A stretch of 64,000 bases of DNA from Oscillospiraceae bacterium (GTDB lineage Bacteria; Bacillota; Clostridia; Oscillospirales; JAAYXM01): the NCBI GenBank assembly GCA_017421025.1, contig JAFQME010000015.1:5399-69398 (forward strand), written 5' to 3'. The notes below the pieces were generated by a model. It was given only the letters and a program-made list of their open reading frames with translations. It made no database searches and was not told where the DNA came from. Shown one piece after another: positions 26,236 to 35,433 of the stretch. The translations under genes were made by a program, and so were the position numbers. Within the stretch, counting starts at the first letter, position 1, and every line of letters begins with the position of its first letter.

Positions 26236-27640
26236 CAGCAAATCACCGAAAGCAGAAGAATTCATCTCCCATGAGGAGATTTTAGACACCTTGGCATATG
26301 CCGAGGCACAAAAAGACAACCTTGCACTTCAGAAAGAGATTTTGGAGACCGCACGGAAAGCAAAGGGTCTTACGTATCGGGAAGCGGCGGTACTTTTATA
26401 CACCGAAAACGCTGAGATTTTGGAAGAACTGTATTCCATTGCCCGTGAGATCAAGGAGAAGATTTACGGCAACCGCATCGTCATGTTTGCACCGCTCTAT
26501 CTCTCCAACTACTGTGTCAACACCTGCCGCTACTGTCCGTATCACCACGGCAACTGCAACATCGCAAGAAAGCAGCTCAGCCAGGAGGACATTGTGCGGG
26601 AAGTCATCGCCCTGCAGGATATGGGGCATAAACGCCTTGCATTGGAAACCGGAGAGGATCCCGTTAACTGCCCGATTGAGTATGTGCTTGAGAGCATCAA
26701 AACCATTTACAGCATCCACCACAAAAACGGCGCCATCCGCCGTGTGAATGTCAACATTGCGGCAACCACAGTGGAGAATTATCGCCGCCTCAAAGAAGCG
26801 GGCATCGGTACCTACATTCTTTTCCAGGAAACCTATCACAAGGAAAACTACGAATACCTGCATCCCAAGGGACCGAAATCCAACTACGCCTACCATACCG
26901 AGGCGATGGACCGTGCCATGGAGGGCGGCATCGACGATGTGGGCATCGGCGTGCTCTTCGGACTCTCGGATTATCATTATGATTTGGTGGGACTCTTGCT
27001 CCATGCCAAGCACTTGGAGGACCGCTTCGGGGTGGGTCCGCACACGGTCAGCGTCCCCCGCATCCGTCCGGCAGACGATGTGGATTTGACCGAATACCCC
27101 AACGCCATCACCGATGCCGTGTTCCATAAATTGGTGGCACTGCTGCGTGTTGCGGTGCCGTATGCAGGCATCATCGTATCCACCCGTGAATCCGAACAGT
27201 CGAGAGCCGAAGCACTTGCACTCGGCGTGTCCCAAATCAGCGGTGCATCCCGCACCAGTGTTGGCGGATACGTGGAAGAAGAGGAGGAAAACTCCGCCCA
27301 GTTTGAGACCAACGACACCCGTACCCTCGATGAGGTGGTGGGTTGGCTTTTGGAACTCGGCTACCTCCCGAGCTTCTGCACCGCTTGCTACCGGGAAGGC
27401 AGAACGGGCGACCGTTTCATGCAGCTTGCAAAGTCGGGTCAGATCGGAAACGTGTGCGGCCCGAATGCAATCATGACACTCAAAGAGTATCTGGAGGACT
27501 ATGCTTCCCCCGATACCGCACAAAAAGGCGAGAAACTCATTGAAAAAGAAGTGGAAAAAATCCAAAACGAGAAGGTAAAGGAACTGGTACGTGCGCATTT
27601 GGATGAACTGCACGAGGGCGCACGTGACTTCCGTTTTTAA
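26228..27640 (+). CDS. hydG: [FeFe] hydrogenase H-cluster radical SAM maturase HydG
   Basis: CVNTCRYCPY radical SAM motif, a ThiH-like core, and the C-terminal cluster motif SFCTACYREGRTG...VCGPN. It overlaps the regulator gene by 8 nt. Confidence 0.9.
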   Translation: MYNSKSPKAEEFISHEEILDTLAYAEAQKDNLALQKEILETARKAKGLTYREAAVLLYTENAEILEELYSIAREIKEKIYGNRIVMFAPLYLSNYCVNTCRYCPYHHGNCNIARKQLSQEDIVREVIALQDMGHKRLALETGEDPVNCPIEYVLESIKTIYSIHHKNGAIRRVNVNIAATTVENYRRLKEAGIGTYILFQETYHKENYEYLHPKGPKSNYAYHTEAMDRAMEGGIDDVGIGVLFGLSDYHYDLVGLLLHAKHLEDRFGVGPHTVSVPRIRPADDVDLTEYPNAITDAVFHKLVALLRVAVPYAGIIVSTRESEQSRAEALALGVSQISGASRTSVGGYVEEEEENSAQFETNDTRTLDEVVGWLLELGYLPSFCTACYREGRTGDRFMQLAKSGQIGNVCGPNAIMTLKEYLEDYASPDTAQKGEKLIEKEVEKIQNEKVKELVRAHLDELHEGARDFRF

Positions 27641-27651
27641 GGAGGGGTCCC

Positions 27652-28827
27652 ATGAGCTTGCAAAACACCCCACGAGGAGAACGGCTTCATATTGCGGTTT
27701 ACGGCAAACGTAACAGCGGGAAATCCACCCTCATCAATGCCATCACAGGGCAGGAGATCGCCATCACCTCGCCCGTGGCGGGAACAACCGCCGACCCGGT
27801 GTATCAGGCGATGGAGGTCCACCCCATCGGTCCGTGCGTGTTCATCGACACGGCAGGCTTTGACGATGAGGGGGATTTGGGAAAACTCCGTGTGGCGAAG
27901 ACCGTGGAAACGCTCTCCCGTGCAGATGTTGCGATTTTGGTTTGTGCAGAAGACGACCTCACACAAGAGAGCGCATGGCTCGAAACACTCCGTGCCAGAA
28001 AGATTCCGACCGTGGTTGCGGTCAATCAGAAGGGCGAGGATCTCTCTGCCAAAGTGGAACAAGAGTTAAAACTCAAACCGGTTGTGGTAAATGCAAAAGA
28101 ACGCATCGGAACAGACGAACTTCTCCGTGCGATTTGCGCCCTGCTCCCCGAAGAATTCGGTGCTATGAGCCTGACCGCCCATCTGGTGGAGAAAAACGAT
28201 GTGGTCCTCCTCGTCATGCCGCAGGACAAGGGCGCACCCAAAGGCAGGCTCATCCTGCCGCAGGTGCAGACCATCCGTGATTTGCTGGACCATTTCTGCA
28301 TCACGGTTTGCACCACATTGGAAACCTTGCCGCAAGCGCTCGGCGCTCTCAAACACCCGCCCAAAGCGGTCATTTGCGACTCGCAGGTATTCCCGGAAGT
28401 GGAACGGCAAACCCCGAAAGAGAGCATTCTCACCTCGTTTTCGGTGCTGTTTGCACGGTATAAAGGCGATCTTTCGGCGTTTCGCCGAGGTGCGGACGCA
28501 ATCGACCGTTTGAAAGAATCTGACCGTGTGTTGATTGCGGAATCTTGTACCCACAAATCGCAGGAAGAGGACATCGGACGGGTGAAAATCCCTCGCTTAC
28601 TCCGAAAAAAAGTGGGAGAAGGGCTCACCGTGGATGTGGTGAGCGGAGCGGATTTCAAAAAGAATCTCACTGACTATGCCCTCATCATTCATTGTGGCGG
28701 CTGTATGGTCAACCGTGCATTTGTGCTCTCCCGCATCCGGGAAGCGGAGGCGGCAGGCGTCCCAATCACCAATTACGGGATCGCCATCGCAAAACTCACC
28801 GGAATTTTAGACAAAATTCAAGATTAG
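27652..28827 (+). CDS. hydF: [FeFe] hydrogenase H-cluster maturation GTPase HydF
   Basis: P-loop GKRNSGKST, DTAG, and the C-terminal cluster ligands ESCTHKS ... IHCGGCM. Confidence 0.9.
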   Translation: MSLQNTPRGERLHIAVYGKRNSGKSTLINAITGQEIAITSPVAGTTADPVYQAMEVHPIGPCVFIDTAGFDDEGDLGKLRVAKTVETLSRADVAILVCAEDDLTQESAWLETLRARKIPTVVAVNQKGEDLSAKVEQELKLKPVVVNAKERIGTDELLRAICALLPEEFGAMSLTAHLVEKNDVVLLVMPQDKGAPKGRLILPQVQTIRDLLDHFCITVCTTLETLPQALGALKHPPKAVICDSQVFPEVERQTPKESILTSFSVLFARYKGDLSAFRRGADAIDRLKESDRVLIAESCTHKSQEEDIGRVKIPRLLRKKVGEGLTVDVVSGADFKKNLTDYALIIHCGGCMVNRAFVLSRIREAEAAGVPITNYGIAIAKLTGILDKIQD

Positions 28828-28838
28828 AGGTGCTTTTT

Positions 28839-29342
28839 ATGAAACGAACCTTACTGGTTGTGGATATGCAAAATGATTTCATTTCCATGGCACTCGGCAC
28901 TCCCGAGGCGGTGGAAATCCTCCCGAAAGTAAAGGCGAAAATTGAAGAGTATCTCCAAAACGGAGACCAAGTGCTTTTCACTCGTGATACCCACAGCGAG
29001 GACTACCTCAACACCCTTGAGGGCAAGCACCTGCCTGTGCCGCACTGCATCAAAGGCACCAAAGGCTGGGAGATTGCAGACGGAATCTATGCTTCCGGCT
29101 GTAAAATCATCGATAAACCGAATTTCGGCTGGCAGCATTGGGACGAAGAGGAATTTGAGGCGGTGGAGCTGGTGGGCCTTTGTACCGACATCTGCGTGAT
29201 TTCCAACGCACTGCTCATCAAAGCCGCACATCCGACAATCGAAGTTTCGGTGGATGCAACCTGCTGTGCGGGCGTTACCCCGGAAACCCATGCCGCAGCC
29301 CTCGCCACCATGAAAATGTGCCAGATCAATGTGATCGAATAG
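28839..29342 (+). CDS. cysteine hydrolase (isochorismatase/nicotinamidase family)
   Basis: LLVVDMQNDF start and the catalytic Cys context LVGLCTDICV. ATG lies 11 nt after the hydF stop. Confidence 0.82.
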   Translation: MKRTLLVVDMQNDFISMALGTPEAVEILPKVKAKIEEYLQNGDQVLFTRDTHSEDYLNTLEGKHLPVPHCIKGTKGWEIADGIYASGCKIIDKPNFGWQHWDEEEFEAVELVGLCTDICVISNALLIKAAHPTIEVSVDATCCAGVTPETHAAALATMKMCQINVIE

Positions 29343-29343
29343 C

Positions 29344-29376
29344 AAAACTGCCGTGATTTCTCACGGCAGTTTTTTT
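29344..29376. terminator. bidirectional terminator
   Basis: ctgccgtga / tcacggcag stem with an A4 run before and a T7 run after. Confidence 0.85.
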
Positions 29377-30352
29377 ATCGTACCTTCAGTACAACTTTTC
29401 CTACATTTTTGTTTTGATACAGCAAGTCCTGTGCGGCTTCCGCTTCTGTGATGGGGAAGACCGAGTCAATGGTGGGCATCACTTCGCCGGATTCAATCTT
29501 GGGATAGACTTTTTCCACCAGTTCAGAGAGGATTTGCGCTTTCACTGCAGGTGGTTTGGAGCGCAGCGTGCTTCCCAAAAGTTTCACGTTTTTGACATAC
29601 AGATTCTTCAAATCAATCGAAACCATCTGCCCACGCAGTGCGGCGATGACCACCCAACGTGCGCCGTAATTTAAGTGATGCAGGCACTTTCCGAGCATTT
29701 CACCGCCCAGACAGTCAATGGCGACATCCACACCGTGTCCTGCTTCCCACTCGGCCTTTAAGACCTCTGCAAGGTCTTGCGAGGAGAGGTCCACAATCAC
29801 ATCTGCACCAAGGTGAGTGATTTTCTCCGCCTTTTTGGCACTGGAAACGGTTGTGATGACCCGAGCGCCAAAGGCTTTTGCCATGGGAATGATGACGCTG
29901 GCAAGCCCGGAGCCGCCGGCAGTCACAAGCAAGGTATTTCCTTCTTGATATTTCCCTTCGTAGAACAGATTCAGGTACCCGGTCGCAAATGCTTCGGGAA
30001 TGGAAGCGGCCTGCTCCATGGAGCAGTTTTTCGGAATCGGCATGAGCATATCATAACGCACCGCCACCTGCTCGGCATACCCGCCGCCGCCCAAAAGTGC
30101 ACAGACACGGTCCCCAATGTTCCAGTGTGCTTTTGCCTCGTCTCCCAAAGCGGTGATGACACCTGCCACCTCGAGTCCCATCCATTCGGGGCAGCCCGGA
30201 GGTGGGGGATAATCTCCCTCACGCTGCATCAAATCCGCACGGTTGATTGCAGCCGCATGGATCTCAACCAAAACTTCGTCTGCTTTGATTTCAGGGTTTG
30301 GGACCTCGCTCCAGGAAAGAGAGCGGTCGGAATTTACCAGAATTGCTTTCAT
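29375..30352 (-). CDS. NAD(P)H:quinone oxidoreductase-type zinc-independent MDR dehydrogenase
   Basis: Starts MKAILVNSDRSLSWSEVPNPEIK... and has AGGSGLAS (Rossmann). ATG 30352 lies 9 nt after GAGGAGG and 1 nt after the upstream TGA. Confidence 0.8.
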   Translation of the reverse strand: MKAILVNSDRSLSWSEVPNPEIKADEVLVEIHAAAINRADLMQREGDYPPPPGCPEWMGLEVAGVITALGDEAKAHWNIGDRVCALLGGGGYAEQVAVRYDMLMPIPKNCSMEQAASIPEAFATGYLNLFYEGKYQEGNTLLVTAGGSGLASVIIPMAKAFGARVITTVSSAKKAEKITHLGADVIVDLSSQDLAEVLKAEWEAGHGVDVAIDCLGGEMLGKCLHHLNYGARWVVIAALRGQMVSIDLKNLYVKNVKLLGSTLRSKPPAVKAQILSELVEKVYPKIESGEVMPTIDSVFPITEAEAAQDLLYQNKNVGKVVLKVR

Positions 30353-30353
30353 A

Positions 30354-31364
30354 TCAAACATCCTCCTCAGATTTGCCGCAAGCGGCAAGAATGGTGCGGT
30401 AAAGCGCAAATTCATAGTCATAACTCCACGGATTCGACTTCTCTCCACGCACCATTTCCGCAAAGGAAGCGAGCATGGGATCGTATCGGTCGTGGATCGG
30501 GCTGTTTCGGGTCACACCCACGTCAAACCAATCCGTGGTGTCGGTGTATCGGGTTTCGGTGGTAAATTGTCCGCCATCGATCAGGGTCTCAAACGGCTTG
30601 AGCTCCACGGTTCCGAGGCTTCCGGTCACCACCAACTGACGGCGGGTAAAGCCACCTGTCTCACAAGCGCAAGTCTTTGCAAACGAGACACCGTTTGCAT
30701 ATGTAAAGACTGCCATACCAAAATCCTGAGCGGTTACACCGTCGGTTTCGGTTGCACGGGAAAGCGGAATGACACGCTCGGGCATCCCTTGAATCTGCAA
30801 AATCAAATCCACCAGATGACAGCCCAGGAAAAACATCATCCCGCCCGGGAATTGCGAAAGCCACGCACGGTTTTCTTTCAAATGTCGGCAATTCATTTGC
30901 GCTTCCACGCTGATGATTTTCCCCAAATCCCCGCGCTTGATTTGCTCCAAAAGCTCACAAACAAAGGGGTTGTAGCGATACATGTAGCCGATATGGAAGG
31001 TCTTGCCGCCCTCTTTTACCGCCGCAATCAGTTCGCTAAACTCGGAAAGGGACGTCCCGCCCGGCTTTTCCATGTGAATGTGCTTGCCAAACCGTGCGGC
31101 GAGGGTGGCATATTTGGTGAGATAAATCTCCTCGGTCTCCACCGCAACCGCCTCAATCTCAGGGTTTTCCAACACCTCTGAAAGTGTCAACTCCTGCAGG
31201 CCGTCCAGTTGCGGCATGATCTCCGGGAATTTTTTGCGTTCCCCTTCGGGAAGGACATAGCCAACCAAATCAAACAGATCTGATTGCTTTTTCAAACTAT
31301 TCAGCACGTGCGTCCCATGGCTGAGACGGTTGATGCCGATGAGCGCGATTTTCACTTTTCGCAA
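30354..31364 (-). CDS. Gfo/Idh/MocA family oxidoreductase
   Basis: KIALIGINRLSHG Rossmann and the HMEKP motif. The TTG start at 31364 lies 8 nt after GGAGG. An alternative start is GTG 31355, which overlaps the upstream stop as GTGA. Confidence 0.8.
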   Translation of the reverse strand: MRKVKIALIGINRLSHGTHVLNSLKKQSDLFDLVGYVLPEGERKKFPEIMPQLDGLQELTLSEVLENPEIEAVAVETEEIYLTKYATLAARFGKHIHMEKPGGTSLSEFSELIAAVKEGGKTFHIGYMYRYNPFVCELLEQIKRGDLGKIISVEAQMNCRHLKENRAWLSQFPGGMMFFLGCHLVDLILQIQGMPERVIPLSRATETDGVTAQDFGMAVFTYANGVSFAKTCACETGGFTRRQLVVTGSLGTVELKPFETLIDGGQFTTETRYTDTTDWFDVGVTRNSPIHDRYDPMLASFAEMVRGEKSNPWSYDYEFALYRTILAACGKSEEDV

Positions 31365-32098
31365 GAAGCACACCTCCGATATTCAATTACATCACACAGA
31401 AGCGGTTGTGCAGGCGCAGACAGCGCATCGTGCTCATAGACACATAAATCCATACAGTTTCCGAGCATTCCGCCCGCTTTCCGTAACCGGTCACACTCAC
31501 CGATGCAGAGAAATAAAAAGGGGTGAGAAAACTCTTTGTGTAACCGCCGAATGATGTCCATATTCTCGAGTTGCTGTTCCATCGTATCTGCGCCGGTGAC
31601 GATTTTGCAAATATCCGCACCTCGGCGCTTTTGTTCCTGTGCGATTTCCAACACCCGTTCATAAGGGGTGAATTTCAACACATGGGAGGAGAGCAAGACG
31701 GTTGCCCCACGCTTGTGAAGCGCATCGATCAACTGCATTTGCTTTTGTATTGCAACGTCATTTACCGCCAGTTCGTCCGGCTGCGGATCGAACAAATCCC
31801 CCAAAACATCGCAGATGTCAGCCCCGCAATCGGCAAGCTCCAACAGCTCCTCCGCCAGTTGCTCATCGCTCTTTCCCTCGTTGTATCCAAGCCGATAATT
31901 GGTGACATAGACCGGTTTTTTCGCATAGGAAAACAGCCGCCGATAGGTTTCCGCTGTTCGAAACTCAGGCTTTAATCGGCAAAACTGCATCCCAAATGCC
32001 TGTGCACCCAACGGAAGCGAGTTGTCAATCAACTGCTCAATTCGCTCGGGTGTTTCCGCTTGCACCATCACAGTGAGGAGAGATTCCTGCTTCACCAT
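31352..32098 (-). CDS. type I 3-dehydroquinate dehydratase-like protein
   Basis: 248 aa with the SSHVLKFTP (His) and ADICKIVTGA (Schiff-base Lys) contexts of type I DHQase. First gene of a three-gene operon. Confidence 0.65.
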   Translation of the reverse strand: MVKQESLLTVMVQAETPERIEQLIDNSLPLGAQAFGMQFCRLKPEFRTAETYRRLFSYAKKPVYVTNYRLGYNEGKSDEQLAEELLELADCGADICDVLGDLFDPQPDELAVNDVAIQKQMQLIDALHKRGATVLLSSHVLKFTPYERVLEIAQEQKRRGADICKIVTGADTMEQQLENMDIIRRLHKEFSHPFLFLCIGECDRLRKAGGMLGNCMDLCVYEHDALSAPAQPLLCDVIEYRRCASCEK

Positions 32099-32127
32099 TG
32101 CGCTCTACTCCTTTGAAAAGATACTTT

Positions 32128-32157
32128 ATTATAGCAGAGACGGGGCGTCAGGGTCAA
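32128..32157 (-). promoter_or_regulatory. promoter of the DHQase-like operon
   Basis: On the minus strand: TTGACC, an 18-nt spacer, then TATAAT. Confidence 0.55.
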
Positions 32158-32174
32158 TGCAAAAAACAGTTACA

Positions 32175-32231
32175 ATTTGATCTTTCTGATTCAAAATCAA
32201 ACGATTTTCTTGTTTTATTTGATCTTTATGA
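32175..32231. repeat. two 15-bp direct repeats (candidate AraC-type operator half-sites)
   Basis: ATTTGATCTTTCTGA (32175-32189) and ATTTGATCTTTATGA (32217-32231) match at 14 of 15 positions. Their starts are 42 bp apart, between the divergent promoters. Confidence 0.6.
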
Positions 32232-32256
32232 TAAAATAATGGCGAGAGGTGATTTC

Positions 32257-33021
32257 ATGAAACAACTTGAATCCGCCGTGATTTGCGAAATCAGAAGTCC
32301 GTTTTCGGTGTATTCCCGCCGTGGCAGAAGTGAGGAAATGATTGGTCGCATCTGCTACGGACTTTCCTTTTGCGAGGAGGGGAAAATTACCTATACCCAA
32401 GCAGGAAAAGAGTATGTTTCCGATGCGCAGCATGCGGTGCTCCTGCCAAAAGACGGCAGTTACCACATCCGAGGAGACGAGACCGGTGTGTTTCCTGTGG
32501 TCAATTTTGACTGCACCACTCCGCTGTGTGACACCATTACCGTGTTTCCCATCCATCATCCCAAACGCCTCATAGACTGTTTTGCCGAGCTGGAGCAGTT
32601 GGTCGCATTGGAGGAAAACCGCATCAAGAGGATGCGGATTGTTTATCAAATGCTGGAAATCCTGCTCGACGAAGCCGAGCCGGGACATCCCATCCTGCAA
32701 CCTGCATTGGAGCTCTTGGAAACCGGATATATGCGTCCCAATCTTGGAAACACCGAATTGGCACACGCTTGCGGACTCAGTGAGGTGTATTTCCGAAAAC
32801 TCTTTGCCCAAGCATTTGGGACAACCCCGCACCGGTATCTGATTGGAATTCGGCTCCGCAAGGCGCAGCAACTCCTCTGTGAAGGGAAGCGGCGAGTTTC
32901 GCAAGTGGCAGAATTGTGCGGATTCTCCAACGAATACCATTTCAGCCGTACTTTCAAAAAATTCACGGGCATCTCTCCGAGTGAGTACGCAAGAAATCAG
33001 GAATACCGTCTGCAAGGCTGA
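32257..33021 (+). CDS. AraC family transcriptional regulator
   Basis: ATG 32257 follows GAGAGGTG. C-terminal HTH GFSNEYHFSRTFKKFTGISPSEYAR. Confidence 0.85.
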   Translation: MKQLESAVICEIRSPFSVYSRRGRSEEMIGRICYGLSFCEEGKITYTQAGKEYVSDAQHAVLLPKDGSYHIRGDETGVFPVVNFDCTTPLCDTITVFPIHHPKRLIDCFAELEQLVALEENRIKRMRIVYQMLEILLDEAEPGHPILQPALELLETGYMRPNLGNTELAHACGLSEVYFRKLFAQAFGTTPHRYLIGIRLRKAQQLLCEGKRRVSQVAELCGFSNEYHFSRTFKKFTGISPSEYARNQEYRLQG

Positions 33022-33041
33022 GAATTTCTCAGCCTTGTTTT
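33014..33041 (+). terminator. terminator of the AraC gene
   Basis: aaggctgag / ctcagcctt stem spanning the stop codon, followed by gtttt. Confidence 0.7.
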
Positions 33042-33043
33042 GT

Positions 33044-33070
33044 ATTTCCCAGATTTTCCCGGCATTTCCC
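33044..33070 (+). repeat. three 10-bp-phased (A/T)TTTCCC direct repeats upstream of spoIIE
   Basis: ATTTCCC 33044-50, TTTTCCC 33054-60 and ATTTCCC 33064-70. TAAAAT -10 is at 33096-33101, with no recognisable -35. Confidence 0.6.
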
Positions 33071-33125
33071 GACAAGATGGGTACCTTCCTTGGGATAAAA
33101 TGGAGAAAAAAGGAGGTCTCCGAAA

Positions 33126-35387
33126 ATGGATTTGAAAGAAATGCCGAAAAAATGGGATGCGTTGAGGCGCACGGTTTGTACGGGGAAAACCGCACGCATC
33201 CTTCTCAGTCTCGGACTCCGTGCGGCGGTGGGTTGGCTGCTTGCAAGCGGCGTGATGTTCGGGGAATATGCACCCTTGGGATTGGGGTATCTCGCAGCAC
33301 AGGGGCAGGGAGTGTTCGGAATGTCGGGCATCCTCGGGACCGTGTTGGGGTATCTTTGTCATCTCTACCGTGCAAACGGACTCAAGTACCTCGCCATCTC
33401 CGCCCTGATCTGCACCGCACGTTTCGTCTTTGCGGAACAGAAGAATCCGTGGATCATGCCCTGCGCAGCGGCAGGAAGCACGCTTCTTTTGGGCGGTGTG
33501 TTTTTGTTGGACGGAGGGGTGCAACTCATTGAGTGCATCTTCTTTCTCAGTGAGGTGCTCCTGGTGTTTGGGACGACCGCACTGTATCAGATGATTCAGA
33601 GAAAACACCGCAAACTCCCACGCCTGCAAGAGCAGATGGTGCTCTTTTGTTTGGCGGCAACCCTCCTCTATCCGCTCGTCCGAGTCCAACTCTTCTCGGT
33701 TATTTCTTTGGGGCGCATTCTCGCTCTGTTTTGCGTGATGGTGGCGGGCTATTTCGGTGGTACAGGCCTTGGCGTAATCGCCTCGGTGGTGTTTGGGATC
33801 ACGGCGGGAAGTGCTTACTGTGCGGCATATGGGGTTGCCACTCTTGTCGCATCGGCACTGAAAAAACGAGGGATTCTTGCCTTTTTGTGCGGATATCTGA
33901 GCGTGTCCCTTTTCGGGATGTTACTGTTGCAGTACCAAGGCGGAATCGGGCTGGGAATGGAAACCCTTGTCGCCGCCGCCGTGTTTTGCGTGGCAAAACG
34001 CCGCTTCGGTGCCGAATTACGCACCCGTTTTGGTGAACGGAAATGCGACAGTCTGCCCATCCAAACCGTGACGAGGGAGTCCTTGCGTGCCGCTGCCAAA
34101 GCATTTTTAGAACTTGGCGAAATGCTCTCCCGGATCTTCTCCAAAGAACAGGCAAGCGAGAACATCGCCACGGTCTTTGAACGGCCGGCACGACTGGTGT
34201 GTAAAAAATGCGTCCTTTGCAATCGGTGCTGGCAGGAGGAGTACAACCAAACCCGCACCGCATTGAGCGATGCCACGTCTGCCATGCTGGAGCATCGGGA
34301 ACTCAAAGCCGGAGATTTGCCCATGCACTTCAGCACAAAATGTCTGCATCTTGGGGCGTTTGTAGCGCAGGTCAATCGGGAACTCGGTGCGTATTTCTGC
34401 CGCAAACAGTACAAAAACCGCTTGCGTGAGAGTCGTGAGCAACTGTGCGGACAGTACCGTGACGTGTCCAAAGTTTTCTCCTCCATCGCCGAGGGGGAAA
34501 TGCCTGTGGCTGACACACTTGCGCAAAAACGCCTCCTGCGGATTTTGCGGGAGCGTGGAATTGCGGCAGAGGTGTGCGTGTATCGGGATGAAAAACAGCA
34601 TCTCCGGGTGTTGGTGGAAAGCGAAGAGGTCGAGTTAAGCGATGCGTTGAACGCCTTCTCCGAGGAGAGCGGGGTACCGCTCGGAACACCGGAACGGGTG
34701 CGTAAGGGGAGTGGTTGGCGTACTTGTGTGAGCGAACGCCGTGTATTCCATGCATCCCTTGGCGTGGCAAGCCGACGCAAGTCGGGAAATTCGGTTTGCG
34801 GCGATACCGTGGGGCATTGCCGCCTGCCGAACGGGAATGTCTGCGTCCTCCTCGCAGACGGTATGGGAACCGGGAAAAGCGCCGCACGGGAAAGCAGCCT
34901 TGCGGTGGACTTGCTCATTCGTTTTTTGGAGAGCGGAATCGATCCGCAAAGTGCACTTGCCATCGTTCGGAGCGCCTTGCAGGTGAAATGTGAGGAAACC
35001 AATGCCTTCACCACGCTGGACTTACTCTGCGTGGATCTCTTTGGCGGGCAGAGCGTGCTCTATCGTTTCGGAAGTGCGCCTGCATATTTTCGACGAAACG
35101 AGGAAATTGAGTGCGTCACCTGTACCTCCATGCCGCTTGGAATCGTCTGTCCGGAAGCACCGAGTGTGGAGCGTGTGTGCCGTGTGCTGAAGTCAGGCGA
35201 GGACGTTCTCTTAATGAGTGACGGCGTCTCCGACCAAGCATCACCGCCGTGGCTGATGCATCTGCTGCGGGAGAAACACGCACTGTCTCCGCAAGCGTTG
35301 GCACGGGAGATTCTCACCGCATCGGAGTTGGAGGAAACCGGTGCTGACGACCGCACGGTTTTGATTTTACGGATTTGCGAGGAATGA
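33126..35387 (+). CDS. spoIIE: stage II sporulation protein E (membrane PP2C phosphatase)
   Basis: 753 aa. The N-half has multiple TM helices. The C-terminal PP2C domain reads SGNSVCGDT...LLADGMGTGKSAARES...LLMSDGV. AAGGAGG RBS. Confidence 0.88.
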   Translation: MDLKEMPKKWDALRRTVCTGKTARILLSLGLRAAVGWLLASGVMFGEYAPLGLGYLAAQGQGVFGMSGILGTVLGYLCHLYRANGLKYLAISALICTARFVFAEQKNPWIMPCAAAGSTLLLGGVFLLDGGVQLIECIFFLSEVLLVFGTTALYQMIQRKHRKLPRLQEQMVLFCLAATLLYPLVRVQLFSVISLGRILALFCVMVAGYFGGTGLGVIASVVFGITAGSAYCAAYGVATLVASALKKRGILAFLCGYLSVSLFGMLLLQYQGGIGLGMETLVAAAVFCVAKRRFGAELRTRFGERKCDSLPIQTVTRESLRAAAKAFLELGEMLSRIFSKEQASENIATVFERPARLVCKKCVLCNRCWQEEYNQTRTALSDATSAMLEHRELKAGDLPMHFSTKCLHLGAFVAQVNRELGAYFCRKQYKNRLRESREQLCGQYRDVSKVFSSIAEGEMPVADTLAQKRLLRILRERGIAAEVCVYRDEKQHLRVLVESEEVELSDALNAFSEESGVPLGTPERVRKGSGWRTCVSERRVFHASLGVASRRKSGNSVCGDTVGHCRLPNGNVCVLLADGMGTGKSAARESSLAVDLLIRFLESGIDPQSALAIVRSALQVKCEETNAFTTLDLLCVDLFGGQSVLYRFGSAPAYFRRNEEIECVTCTSMPLGIVCPEAPSVERVCRVLKSGEDVLLMSDGVSDQASPPWLMHLLREKHALSPQALAREILTASELEETGADDRTVLILRICEE

Positions 35388-35433
35388 GCCGCACGGTTTT
35401 GGGGAAACTATCCATAACAAAAGGAGGGTGCAT

